NCBI GenBank assembly: GCA_002269645.1
Contig: NIVC01001332.1
Location: forward strand, 1 to 64,000
Length of the DNA: 64,000 bases
Direction of reading: 5' to 3'
Source of the DNA: Macrostomum lignano
Taxonomy: Eukaryota
The notes below the pieces were generated by a model. It was not told where the DNA came from. It made no database searches and worked only from the letters and a program-made list of their open reading frames with translations. The position numbers and the translations under genes are program-made. Shown one piece after another: positions 11,772 through 24,188 of the stretch. How positions within the stretch are numbered: position 1 is the first letter of the stretch; each line of letters opens with the position of its first letter.

Positions 11772-12135
11772 AGAGAGTAGAAGCTCCGAAACGATGCCAC
11801 TTTAGAACTGTTGGGCTGCAGAGAATTAGGCGCATTTGAGCACAATAGCAACTGTTTCACTCTGGCAGCTACGGTAGGGGGGGGGAGGTTGCAGTTGCCA
11901 GAGGGGGTTAGGACTGAGAAGAGAGACGAGAAGCAGCTTCCATGCGATGGGGCTGGCTCTCCCAGAGAGGCAAGCTCTGGGGGCGTCTCTCCGTAGCCAT
12001 GACTACGTGTCCAACGCAGCCAAAGCAGCATAAATTGGGGCGCAGCGCCGAAGGAGCGCAGCACCGCAGCGCCACAGCAGCCGCAGACCTCAGTATTCCG
12101 CAGTCCCTTACCAAAAAGAAAACTCGTAAGCAGCA

Positions 12136-12657
12136 ATGGCCAAGGAAGGCGAAGAAGCCAAGGTGGAAGTCGATCTGGTCAACCGCGACCCCAACCAGCT
12201 CAATGGTCACCTGAAGGTAAGCATAGAATGCTCAAATACGACTTCACACCTGAGCATAGTTACTCACCCATACCATGAGCCGCATTCTAACTGACCCATC
12301 GGCAACTCTCCCACAAACCTGCAGGTCGCCTTCGAGGACGTCCTGGGCGAGCCGGAGCACGCGCACTCCATCGACTGCTTGTGGCGCAACTCCTACGGCT
12401 GCTTCACTGGCGGCAAGAACTGCTGCTACAAGTTTGTCAGCGTCCTGTCGGGCCTGTGCATCGCCCTGTGCTGGGGCTGCACCTTCGCTATGGTTGCCTT
12501 CAGCAACATCTGGTGCATCACGCCGTGCACCAAAGTCTTCAAGATCTTCATCAGCGTGTTCAGGGAGATGTGGGAGACCTACTGGGACTGCTGCGTGGGC
12601 GCCGAGTGCAAGGCCTACGGCTACTTCTTCAGCAGGGTCAAGGTCCAACAGGGCTAG
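12136..12657 (+). CDS. cav: Caveolin family protein, copy B (137 aa)
   Basis: Exons 12136-12216 (MAKEGEEAKVEVDLVNRDPNQLNGHLK) and 12325-12657 (VAFEDVLGEPEHAHSIDCLW...), with a 108-nt GT/AG intron. Confidence 0.93.
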
Positions 12658-13861
12658 ACTCTTGCCAACTGCTCGCAAGGCGGCCGCATGGAGTCTGGCA
12701 GCTTTGATAACTGTAAAAACACCAAACTACCAATCGAATTCCTTAATTAAGATATTTATTAGCTAAACTCGAATTTACAGCCAATTTGTACCTTGCTATT
12801 TTTGTAACTAAGTACGAACCCAATTTGAGCGGCATAGACGCGACGTGCCCGTAGAGCAGGCGGTCTTCATTAGCGACCATAGTGTTCTATAGTTCCAAGC
12901 TGATTTTTACTGATTTTTTTTCACAAGAATTGACAAATAAACTAATTAACTACACAAAAATCCGTAACTGACAACGGAGGTCGCTCCTAAAGTACTTTTA
13001 ATTAAATTTATTGTTTTGTCAGCGTTCTTTAATAACTATTAAATCATATCAAAACGGTTCTTATTGGTTTAATTAAAACATAATTATACGGCATGCAGTA
13101 GAAAGCATTGAGCCCCTTACTAATAAAATGGTATTAAAGATCGATATTTATTTAGAGAAAGGAACGGGCCTTTGCAACTTGTATCACGTCAAAAAGCAAA
13201 TTAAAAAAATCTAAATTGGCGCCACTGCGTGGCATAGCAACAACAATTTTTGTTTTGTCAAAGTGGGCTGGACGCAGCTCGTTGCAGCCAGCGAAGTGAG
13301 TCTCGAGCAGGGCGGGGGGAGCGAGGGAGAGGGGGTAGAGGGGTGCCCACCCTACCTTGTTGCTAAGGTCGATAGCCTACCACCCCGCCGCAGGGTGTGT
13401 TGCCTGGTAGCGCAACGCTTGGCGCTAATTTGAATTTGTTTTTTTCTAAACAAATTGTCAGGCCAGACCTCGAATTTGCTTGAATCTCCAAATATTTTTT
13501 TACGAATTGCTTTTAACAGCAAATTCATCAAAGTCTAACAGTTAATTAGTTCGTTCTAAAAGCTAATCCTTAAAAAGTAAGACAGGATCTTATAAGAAAC
13601 TCAGTGTTATCATAGTGTATTTGTATTGAAAATATCAGTTCTGATAGTAAGAAAACTGCTAAGATATGGTTAAAAAAACATTCAGTGGTCTTCTGCTGCA
13701 ATAGAAACAGTCTTGAAAAAAGGACAGCAAGATAGACGGCTGGAAAAATCGGTACAAAAATCTGGTAACCAAATCAAATCAGGTTGTTGGTAATCACAAT
13801 CAGCAAGACAGAGTTAAGCCAGAGTAAATTAGTTTTCCCAAATCCTGCGGAGGCATGCAGC

Positions 13862-14386
13862 TTATTTGCCCTGCTCCACCTTGATCCTGCTGAAGCAGTA
13901 GCCGAGGGCCTTGCACTTGGCGCCCACGCAGCAGTCCCAGTAGGTCTCCCACATCTCCCTGAACACGCCGATGAAGATCTTGAAGACCTTGGTGCACGGC
14001 GTGATGCACCAGATGTTGTAGAAGGCAACCATAGCGAAGGTGCAGCCCCAGCACAGGGCGATGCACAGGCCCGACAGGACGCTGACAAACTTGTAGCAGC
14101 AGTTCTTGCCGCCAGTGAAGCAGCCGTAGGAGTTGCGCCACAAGCAGTCGATGGAGTGCGCGTGCTCCGGCTCGCCCAGGACGTCCTCGAAGGCGACCTG
14201 CAGGTTTGTGGGAGAGTTGCCGATGGGTCAGTTAGAATGCGGCTCATGGTATGGGTGAGTAACTATGCTCAGGTGTAAAGTCGTATTTGAGCATTCTATG
14301 CTTACCTTCAGGTGACCATTGAGCTGGTTGGGGTCGCGGTTGACCAGATCCACTTCCACCTTGGCTTCTTCGCCTTCTTTAGCCAT
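13862..14386 (-). CDS. cav: Caveolin family protein, copy C (138 aa), inverted near-duplicate of copy B
   Basis: Exons 14386-14306 and 14197-13862. The 108-nt intron differs from that of copy B at one base. Confidence 0.93.
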
Positions 14387-15096
14387 TGCTGCTTACGAGA
14401 GTTGGTAGCACAGAAGCTGGTTACTGAGGTTGCAGACGGGAACTTGGCTCGGCCAGTCGGGTCGGTTGTCTTCCGAATAGAAAGCAGACGGGCCCGCTCG
14501 CTGCACTCTGCTTTTATTCTGAGCGGCAATGAGCCGTCGTCAGGGGCGACCTAGGACGCCAACTCGAACCCTCAAGCCTTCGGAGCTCACGCCACCGTTT
14601 TTCCTATTCAATAGGCAGCTCAGGTCCATCTCTCTTACCCATCTCTCTCTCTATCATTCGTACCCAGCGCTGAGAATTGCTTCTTTTCTTTTTTGCTACA
14701 AAACTGAGAGCACAGTTCGAGGCTCACGCGCTGACAAGCAAACGTGGTTAGAAAAATATCTTCTTAGCTAGAATTGTGCCGACAGCAGAGAGCTGGAGGC
14801 GGGGTGAGCTTCGGGGTAAAGTGAAGCAGCCTAATGGCCCAAACCACATGCGTGCAACTTGCAATAATTATGCAGTTAGAAACAGACGAAATATCTTTTA
14901 GATCTTTCTGTCATTGTTAGTAGAGATGCATCAAAACAGCTTCTGTCTAATCTTGCCAACTGTAGGCGAATACAGATAATACCTGTAACTAAATTAAATC
15001 AACTAAATTATAGTGTCGGTAGCTGTGCCATAGAAAGCTCATTATGGAGAATCAGGGGTGTGGCTCTGCAGGCTGCTTACGGTCTATGGAAATCTC

Positions 15097-15745
15097 CAGT
15101 TGAATCTCACTCATCTCTAGTTGAATCTCACCCATCTCTAGTTGAATATCACTCATCTCTAGTTGAATCTCACCCATCTCTAGCTGAATATCACTCAGCT
15201 CTAGTTGAATCTCACCTATCTCTAGTTGAATCTCACTCATCTCTAGTTGAATCTCACTCATCTCTAGTTGAATCTCCCTAAACTTTAGTTGAATCTCACT
15301 AATCTCTAGTTGAATCTCACTAATCTCTAGTTGAATCTCACAGATCTCTAGTTAAATCTTACAGATCTCTAGTTAAACCTCACTTATCTCTAGTTAAACC
15401 TCACTCATCTCTAGTTGAATCTCACTCATCCCTATATAAATCTCACTCATCTGTAGTTGAATCTCACTAAACTTTAGTTGAATCTCCCTAAACTTATAGT
15501 TGAATCTCACTCATCTTTAGTTAAATCTCACTCATCTCTAGTTGAATCTCACTCATCTCTAGTTAAACCTCACCCTTCTCTAGTTGAATCTCACTAATCT
15601 CTAGTTAAATCTCACAGATCTCTAGTTAAATCTCACTGATCTCTAGTTAAATCTCACTGATCTCTAGTTAAATCTCACTGATCTCTAGTTAATCTCAATA
15701 ATCTCTAAATAATCTCAATAATCTCTAGTTAATCTCACTTATCTC
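15097..15745. repeat. 21-bp minisatellite (CATCTCTAGTTGAATCTCACT)n
   Basis: About 30 diverged tandem units. Confidence 0.95.
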
Positions 15746-16725
15746 TACCTCGTAAATTTTGTTCTCACGCATGCAATTTGCTAAACACATACGTGGAAAA
15801 GTGGCCTTTAACTAACAACAACTAACTACTTCGACTACCTAATTATCTGCTTTAACTAAATCATTTTAAGCTCAAAGCAGCCCCCATTTTCGTTACTAAA
15901 GCCAACAAAAGCGTTTCTAAGCAACTTAGCGACACAAACAGAATCCTATAGAAATACTTATTAGGAATAAAAAACCTAAATAGACTACTGCTTGGTGAAA
16001 CAGTAGTAGCAGCAGCAGTAAATAAAAGTAACGATTTGAACATTTTCCAAGAAATGATTGATCCAAAAACTGTGGAGGAGTGTTAATCAATTAGTTATTT
16101 TTTGCATTAATTTAATTTATTTCCAACTTCAATCACTAAACAATGAATTAATGAGTTATTAATTAGCTTAGTTCTCACAGAATCCGGTTCCCTAGCAACG
16201 ATAAAATGAAAATAAACTTATATAAAAATTCAATTTGGCAATAATAGGTAAGAAAAAACACACAAATGAAGATTGAAATTTGAAAAAATAAAGAAAAGTC
16301 AGTCAGATAATATGTATCAATCAATACGGAGAAAATGATGACGGAGCACAAATAATGCAAATACAGAACACCCATAGCTAAAAAAAACTAGATAAGATAA
16401 CAAATAAGTAAATACCAGTTTATATAGTAATAATTCAACTAAAACAAGACCAAAGCTGACTAGGTGGTTGGCTTCGATAAATAACAAATCATGCTGTAAA
16501 CCTGGATGACAGGGTTATATATCAATCAAGCAACAATTTTTTGCAGAATACGCGGAGATATGCCAAACAGTTTTTAATTATCTGCTTTTCTATCAGTTGG
16601 TCAGTAGGGCTGCTAGGGTTGTTGGTGCTTGGTTTTAAAGAAAATAAATTGGTTATAAATAGCGTCTACCAGGTGCCAGCGGTTACCATGGTCTATCAAT
16701 CAAGTCAGTTCTGATTCCATCATTT

Positions 16726-19700
16726 TTAAGCCCTGGACTCGCCTCCATTCATGTTGACTGGCTGCAAAAAAACAAACAGAATTTTTCTTAGTAACAGAAC
16801 TGCAATCAGATCATACAGGAACTGCAATCAGATCATACAGGAACTGCAATCAGATCATACAGGAACTGCAATCAGATCATACAGGAACTGCAATTAGATC
16901 ATACAGGAACTGCAATCAGATCATACAGGAACTGCAATCAGATCATACAGGAACTGCAATCAGATCATACAGGAACTGCAATCAGATCATACATGAACTG
17001 CAATCAGATCATACAGGAACTGCAATCAGATCATACAGGAACTGCAGTCAGATCATACAGGAACTGCAATCAGATCATACAGGAACTGCAATCAGATCAT
17101 TCAGGAACTGCAATCAGATCATACAGGAACTGCAATCAGACTCCAAACCTTTTCTCCGTCAGCCGACGCATGCGAAGCGTCGCGTCTGCGACCGCCGCCG
17201 CGGCCGCGCCGACCACCGCGTCCTCGGCCGCGTCCGAAGCCGCCGCCGCCACCGTAGGCCGGCACGGGCACATCGTAACGCCGCGGGCTGAAGTACAGAC
17301 CTCCGCCACCGCCGCGGGTGATTCCGCCTCCGCCGCCGTTGGCAGGTCCCATGTTGTATGGCCGGCGAAATCCGCGACCGCCGCCGCGGCCGCCGCGGTA
17401 GAAGCCGCCGCCTCGTGGCGGAGGCGGCATCACCGGAGGGTAGCTGGGGTACTGCAGTGGAGTGTAGAATTTTGGAAAGATGCGGTGCTGTGCAATGAAG
17501 GCAATTGAGTTACGATATGACACGAGCAGTCAGGGGCGATTTTGTGTAGGGTTGAGTCAGGGGCGATTCTGTTTAGGGTTAAGTCAGGGGCGATTCTTCA
17601 CAGGGGTTGAGTCAGGGGCGATTCTTCACAGGGGTTGAGTCAGGGGCGATTCTTCACAGGGGTTGAGTCAGGGGCGATTCTTCACAGGGGTTGAGTCAGG
17701 GGCGATTCTTCACAGGGGTTGAGTCAGGGGCGATTCTTCACAGGGGTTGAGTCAGGGGCGATTCTTCACAGGGGTTGAGTCAGGGGCGATTCTTCACAGG
17801 GGTTGAGTCAGGGGCGATTCTTCACAGGGGTTGAGTCAGGGGCGATTCTTCACAGGGGTTGAGTCAGGGGCGATTCTTCACAGGGGTTGAGTCAGGGGCG
17901 ATTCTTCACACGGGTTGAGTCAGAGGCGATTCTTCACAGGGGTTGAGTCAGAGGCGATTCTTCACAGGGGTTGAGTCAGGGGCGATTCTTCACACGGGTT
18001 GAGTCAGAGGCGATTCTTCACAGGGGTTGAGTCAGAGGCGATTCTTCACAGGGGTTGAGTCAGAGGCGATTCTTCACAGGGGTTGAGTCAGGGGCGATTC
18101 TTTACAGGGGTCGAGTCAGAGGCGATTCTTCACAGGGGTTGAGTCTTTATTTGTGCACAAAAACTTTGATTTCAATATTTTACATACATTTTCTACAACC
18201 TACATATAGGCTGTAGATAAAAAAATCTACAGTCAAGTACATGAAAGCTACTTGGCTAACGGGGAGATAAAACAGCTAGTTTTATTTTCTCCAAGTCCGA
18301 AAATTGCGGGTAAAAAGTGCGAGTAGATTAAAAATATGCCTCGTCAGCTGATTAGTAAATAAAAACACGAAATTGGCTACTCTGCTATCTTAGCAATGAA
18401 TTTGTGCCAACGCAATGCAAATTCCAAAGAAACACAGACGGCACTGTGTTGCATTGCAAGACAGTCAAATTCTACTTTTCTTTCTTTACCCCGTTAAGAG
18501 AGGGATTGGATTAGAATTTATTGATTAGGAAAACTAAAGCCAGAGGCAACAGCTGGAAGTTCTCTTTATTTCGAGATATCCCCTCTGCCCTCTCTCACAA
18601 TACAGTTGCTAGGGGGTGTGTAAAGCATAGTCAACTAACTTGGCTAGCATTTACTAGCAACTAAGAAAGGCTGTTGCAAGACTTCGCTTCGATCGCGGTC
18701 CAAAAAAATTAAACGGTGAATACTCATAGTTTAATAAACTCTACATGGTCTACAGACTGCATTACTGTGTATACTGTCTCGGGAAGGAGTAGAAATAAGA
18801 TGTGCAGAAATTTGCTAAGTAAGTCCTACTATTATTGTTACTAATCTGCATAAATACTTAGACAATAAACGCAATATAATCAATAATTCAATAGACATTT
18901 GGGACACTGAGAATGGAGAATTGGGACACTGAGAATGGAGAATTGGGACACTGAGAATGGAGAATTGGGACACTGAGAATAGAGAATTGGGACACTGAGA
19001 ATAGAGAATTGGGACACTGAGAATGGAGAATTGGGACACTGAGAATAGAGAATTGGGACACTGAGAATGGAGAATTGGGACACTGAGAATGGAGAATTGG
19101 GACACTGAGAATAGAGAATTGGGACACTGAGAATGGAGAATTGGGACACTGAGAATGGAGAATTGGGACACTGAGAATAGAGAATTGGGACACTGAGAAT
19201 GGAGAATTGGGACACTGAGAATAGAGAATTGGGACACTGAGAATGGAGAATTGGGACACTGAGAATAGAGAATTGGGACACTGAGAATGGAGAATTGGGA
19301 CACTGAGAATGGAGAATTGGGACACTGAGAATGGAGAATTGAGACACTGAGAATGGAGAATTGGGACACTGAGAATGGAGAATTGGGACACTGAGAATGG
19401 AGAATTGGGACACTGAGAATGGAGAATTGGGACACTGAGAATGGAGAATTGGGACACTGAGAATAGAGAATTGGGACACTGAGAATGGAGAATTGGGACA
19501 CTGAGAATGGAGAATTGGGACACTGAGAATGGAGAATTGGGACACTGAGAATGAATTGGGACACTGAGAATGGAGAATTGGGACACTGAGAATAGAGACC
19601 CGGGACACTGAGAATGGAGACCCGGGACACTGAGAATGGAGAATTTGGACACTGAGAATAGAGACCCGGGACACTGAGAATGGAGACCCGGAACACTGAG

Positions 19701-22700
19701 AATGGAGACCCGGGACACTGAGAATAGAGACCCAGGACACTGAGAATGGAGAATTTAGACACTGAGAATAGAGACCCGGGACACTGAGAATGGAGACCCG
19801 GAACACTGAGAATGGAGACCCGGGACACTGAGAATAGAGACCCAGGACACTGAGAATGGAGACCCGGGACACTGAGAATAGAGACCCGGGACACTGATAA
19901 TAGACTCTAGAGTTAAAAGGACACACAGAGAGACTCACAGCCATCACAGGCCCATACTCAGGCGGCCCATAATAAGATCTGGGGAATCCTCTGCCGCGAC
20001 CGCCTCGGCCACCGCGTCCCCGGCCAGACTGGCGATCCGCGGCATAGTCGCTGCCCTTGACGGCAGCACCGTCCGGCCCAGTAACATTGGCAGCCTCGTG
20101 GCCTTTGGCGCCTTGGACAACGTCGAATTCAACAGATTCGCCGTCGCCAACGCTGCGCTGAAATTTCTTAGGATTGTTCTTGATAATGGCAGATTGGTGG
20201 ACAAAGATGTCTTCTTTGGTGTCGGCTCGGTTGATGAAGCCGTAGCCGCTCTTGACGTTGAACCATTTTACTGTGCCGCTGACCTTGGTGGCTGGCGGGG
20301 TCAGGGGCGAGGAGTGGAGTTAACAAATAAAAAGTATCCCTTGTACTTTAATTCAAATCAAAATATTCAAGATAATTCAAAATAAAAACGTGACTTTGCT
20401 CAAACATACATGCGCAACCTCTAAAATTCAGTCAGCCGTGCGACTTAGCTTTAGCAAAAATGCGACGTAGTTTTTGGCCAAAAATGCGACTTACATGTAA
20501 AAAACCCTAAAGCAGAATTAACGCAACTTTGAGTAAACGGCAGGAGTAACTATGACTGTCTTATTAAGTCAAAATGCCTCGTCAGCTACTTAGTACTCCT
20601 ACTTCGGTGTTTTTTCGGTTGGGCATTTTTGCGACTTCCTTGGTTGGCCGCCAAATCGGTCGGCCGGATCGGCTGACTCGGCCGACTGTTGCGCATGTAT
20701 GTGCTCAAACCCTTAGCTTATTATATTAGCTATACACATAAGACAGTTAGAGATGCATATTTTCGCCTAGGTATGGTATATGCTACTATGCTGAAAGAGT
20801 TCAAAATCCTCTCCAAATCCTTTATGAAACCTCTCAAATCGCAAATATTGTTATCTCTGTTTGCAAAAATTGACTGCCATTGTCTAGACAAAGATTCTCT
20901 TTTGCCTCCTCTCTCTTCTTTGTTCTCTTATCTCTAATCTCTCCTCCTCTATGCTCTCATCTCCACACTCTTACCTATCATCTCTTATTTCTGCACCCTC
21001 ATCTCTATTCTTTTATCTATTGTCTCTCTTCTACCCTGTCTTGTCTTATCTCTTCTTTCTCCTATCTCACATTGGCAACTTTCTAAAATAGACTTTATTT
21101 TTTATTTCTATAGGACCAGAAGCCCCTAACATTGGAAGAATTAAGAACCATTTAGAAAGAGAAACTATCTCAGAAATAGGCTGAGTGAATAGCCTTAGGT
21201 TAGGAGTTTAGCAATCTCAAGCTCTTAGGCCACATGTACCCTGCAGAGCATTTTTATCTAGCCTTTGGGTCCTTTTAAACTTTATAATAGCAATATACTT
21301 TGCTTTTATGAAGTTTAGAGTGGCTGTGAAGTTTAGAGTTTTGTGCCTCTTCTTAGCTTCCTTCTTTCTGATCTCATCTTCTCATTTCTCCTCTATCCTT
21401 TTATCTCTCTTCTCCTCTATCTTTTTCTCTTTCTTTTCCTTTCTCTTCTATCTTTTTTTTCTCCTCTCCTCTATTCTCTATCATCTCTCTCTTTTTTCTC
21501 TTTCTTCCTCTCTTTTTTACCCTTTTTTCTCATCTTTTTTTTTCTTTTACTTCTCTTTTTCTTCTCCACACTTATACTAGGTTTTTTATCTGGCCTTTAA
21601 GGTAAAAAAGTTTGCTAAACTCTGCCTTAGACAATAAAAATCTATTGTATTAGAGCTGACTCCCTGATCCTAGGAATGCTAGAACAAGAGCTTTCAATAA
21701 GGAGTAATTTGAACTAATTAGAAAGATATGGCGAAATCCAAAAACGTGGGATAAAACGGTAAAACAAATCTGCGGACATTCGATGGAAAGTAATGTATCT
21801 AAAAAAGGTTTTTGAAAGATAGATAGGTCTTTAGAAAATAGTTCTGGATAAAAACTATTGTTTTCATGCTTTATATTGTTGAATAAATAAGAAAAAACCA
21901 CAAAAAAGCATTTTGAAAGTCCGAGTTGACCGATTTGCAATTTTTTGTTTCACTTTTTTTCATTATTAAACAATTAATTTTAAGACTTGTAGGCCTTAGA
22001 GAAGGCTAATTTTTTTACTAGTTACAAAACAGAAAGTAATCTGTGTTTTACTTTTTATTCAATTCAAAAAGATGAAGTATTTCTAAGGATTTCAAAGTTT
22101 TTCTAAAACCATATAAACTCGCAAAAATTCATACTAATATAAAGTGCAAAGTTTGCCAGCAAACATCTTTTTCTAAAAGTAAATATATCGCTAATTCCTT
22201 GTTGCAAAATAATCTTTAAGTTGTTTTCTTTCATTTAAATATCAACTTGCATAGTATTAGTATTTGTAATATGCCTATATTTAGACTTAAAAATTTTGGG
22301 TAAAAAATGGTACCACAAAATGTGAACCCGGCATCCAAATCAGATGCTTACTGTATGCTCATTAAGCGACGAAGAACAATGAAATTACACTAAAACATGT
22401 ATCATCGCGGCGTGTATGCAGGAAAAAAAGAATTTTCCAAATCGCTTCAGTAGAAGCTGAGTAAAATGCAATTTTCCAATCCTTATGGGAATTCCAATGT
22501 GTTACCCGGCTTCCAAATCAGATGCTTACTGTATGCTTATTAAGCGACGAAGAACAATGAAATTACACTAAAACATGTATCATCGCGGCGTGTATGCAGG
22601 AAAAAAAGAATTTTCCAAATCGCTTCAGTAGAAGCTGAGTAAAATGCAATTTTCCAATCCTTATGGGAATTCCAATGTGTTACCCGGCTTCCAAATCAGA

Positions 22701-24188
22701 TGCTTACTGTATGCTTATTAAGCGACGAAGAACAATGAAATTACACTAAAACATGTATCATCGCGGCGTGTATGCAGGAAAAAAAGAATTTTCGAAATCG
22801 CTTCAGTAGAAGCTGAGTAAAATGCAATTTTCCAATCCTTATGGGAATTCCAATGTGTTACCTGGCTTCCAAATCAGATGCTTACTGTATGCTTATTAAG
22901 GGACGAAGAACAATGAAATTACACTAAAACATGTATCATCGCGGCGTGTATGCAGGAAAAAAAGAATTTTCCAAATCGCTTTAGTAGAAGCTGAGTAAAA
23001 TGCAATTTTCCGATCCTTACGGGAATTTGTATGTTTAAATAATAAACTTACGTTGAATACAATTTATTGCAAACGAACTCTACAAAATACACGTTGTCAA
23101 GAGTAACAAAAGTGATAAACAAATAAAACCTTAAAATAATGTTAAATATGTTGTAGAATTATAGAGTATAACATTATAAGATAGTTAAAGTTAATAAAAT
23201 ACATTATTATAGCTTTTCAATCATTTTCATTAGACTCATTTTAGGTCGTAATTAAACTTACCGTTTTAACAAATCATTTTATTAAAAATAAAGCTATACG
23301 AAAATAATTTGTGCTTTAATAGACTTTTTTACTTTTTAAAAACTTGAATAAATTTATTTTATAGCTTTATTGCTTTCAAATTGCCAAAAAACGAATTTTC
23401 ATAAAACTTGCCCCCGATTTTTGGATTTCCCCATATATACATTACTAATAATAGCATTATAAAATAACTTCAATTTAGCTATTAATTTAAAGTATGATAA
23501 AAAGTTCTATTATTAGCACTTTGGTCTGTTTTTTTACATTTTTTAATAGGCCTAAGAAAAAATATACTATAGGAGTTGATGCCATTTGAAGTATATAAAT
23601 TCATAATTGTTTTTTTTCAATTTTTGTTATATATTTTTTTGCTATTTAATATATTGTCATTGATCTTAGATTTAATATAGGCCTAGTGTTGAGCTTAGAT
23701 GCCTATATCATTTTTAAGAGCAAACAGTTCTACACATAATATAATAGTAGGCCCCCCTGAATACTAGCAAATTGTCTTAATTCTCTTTAAGGTATTTTAT
23801 AATGAGTTTGTATTTCAACTTAAAAAAATGAAAATGTATGTAAAATTTAGGGTAGGCCCCCCCTACTGTTACTAGTAATAGGCCTAGTAAATTTTTGAGC
23901 CTAGTAATTCAACAACTAAGAACTAACAAGTAAAGGTTTTAAAACAATAGTCAATAGCCAGGTGCCCAGGTACAATGCTTGTCAAAAATTAATAAAAATA
24001 ACGCAAGCTAAATGAAGGAACTAATAAAATATTAACTTGCCCTGTAATTCAACGACATAATTTATACTATCTAACTATCAATACTAACTAATTTACTAAA
24101 CAAAGTAAAATAAAAAAATCATACCGAGAACGACTTTCTCGACATCCTGATCAGTAACTGGCGATTTTTCAGCGGCTTTAGCGGCCAT
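16726..24188 (-). CDS. YBX1: Y-box binding protein (cold-shock domain + RGG-rich tail), 251 aa
   Basis: Exons 24188-24125, 20291-19939, 17451-17149 and 16761-16726 (756 nt, phases 1/0/0 consistent). CSD reads [74 protein letters not shown], typical of metazoan Y-box proteins. The symbol is family-level only. Confidence 0.92.
16797..17139. repeat. 22-bp minisatellite (GGAACTGCAATCAGATCATACA)n in Y-box intron 3
   Basis: About 15 near-identical units starting just inside the donor site. Confidence 0.97.
17530..18145. repeat. 28-bp minisatellite (GAGTCAGGGGCGATTCTTCACAGGGGTT)n in Y-box intron 2
   Basis: Period measured 17583 to 17611; about 21 units. Confidence 0.97.
18897..19900. repeat. 22-bp minisatellite (GGGACACTGAGAATGGAGAATT / ...GACCC)n in Y-box intron 2
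   Basis: About 45 units, with two variant types spatially segregated. Confidence 0.97.
20405..20701. mobile_element. 297-bp MITE (8-bp TSD class, hAT/P-like) carrying a 28S rRNA-like segment
   Basis: Perfect 14-bp TIR CATACATGCGCAAC / GTTGCGCATGTATG. Perfect 8-bp direct repeat TGCTCAAA at 20397-20404 and 20702-20709. Inner inverted repeat AGTCAGCCG / CGGCTGACT. Confidence 0.85.
20890..21580. repeat. CT-rich low-complexity tracts in Y-box intron 1
   Basis: Two strongly pyrimidine-biased stretches with no exact periodicity. Confidence 0.85.
22326..23025. repeat. 178-bp tandem repeat, about 4 copies
   Basis: Unit starts at 22326, 22504, 22682 and 22860; copies are near-identical. Confidence 0.95.

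Noticed and set aside
12244-14278. 140-165 aa ORFs antisense to or overlapping caveolin B and C
   Set aside because: Shadow ORFs caused by GC3-rich caveolin codons.
11230-18615. RFX/X-box half-sites (TAGCAAC / GTTGCTA) at several positions
   Set aside because: Only half-sites or imperfect palindromes, and enrichment cannot be judged without statistics.
18815-19947. 276-359 aa ORFs on the minus strand
   Set aside because: Stop-free readings of a 22-bp intronic minisatellite, open in several frames.
19944-20385. Track ORFs 19944-20204 (-) and 20098-20385 (+)
   Set aside because: Wrong frame or antisense to the real cold-shock-domain exon, which has no in-frame start of its own.
20533-20594. 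28S rRNA gene
   Set aside because: Only about 60 nt of degenerate similarity inside a MITE, with no other rDNA; reported as a finding rather than an rRNA feature.
22326-23025. Centromeric satellite (178-bp period)
   Set aside because: Only four copies, located inside an intron.
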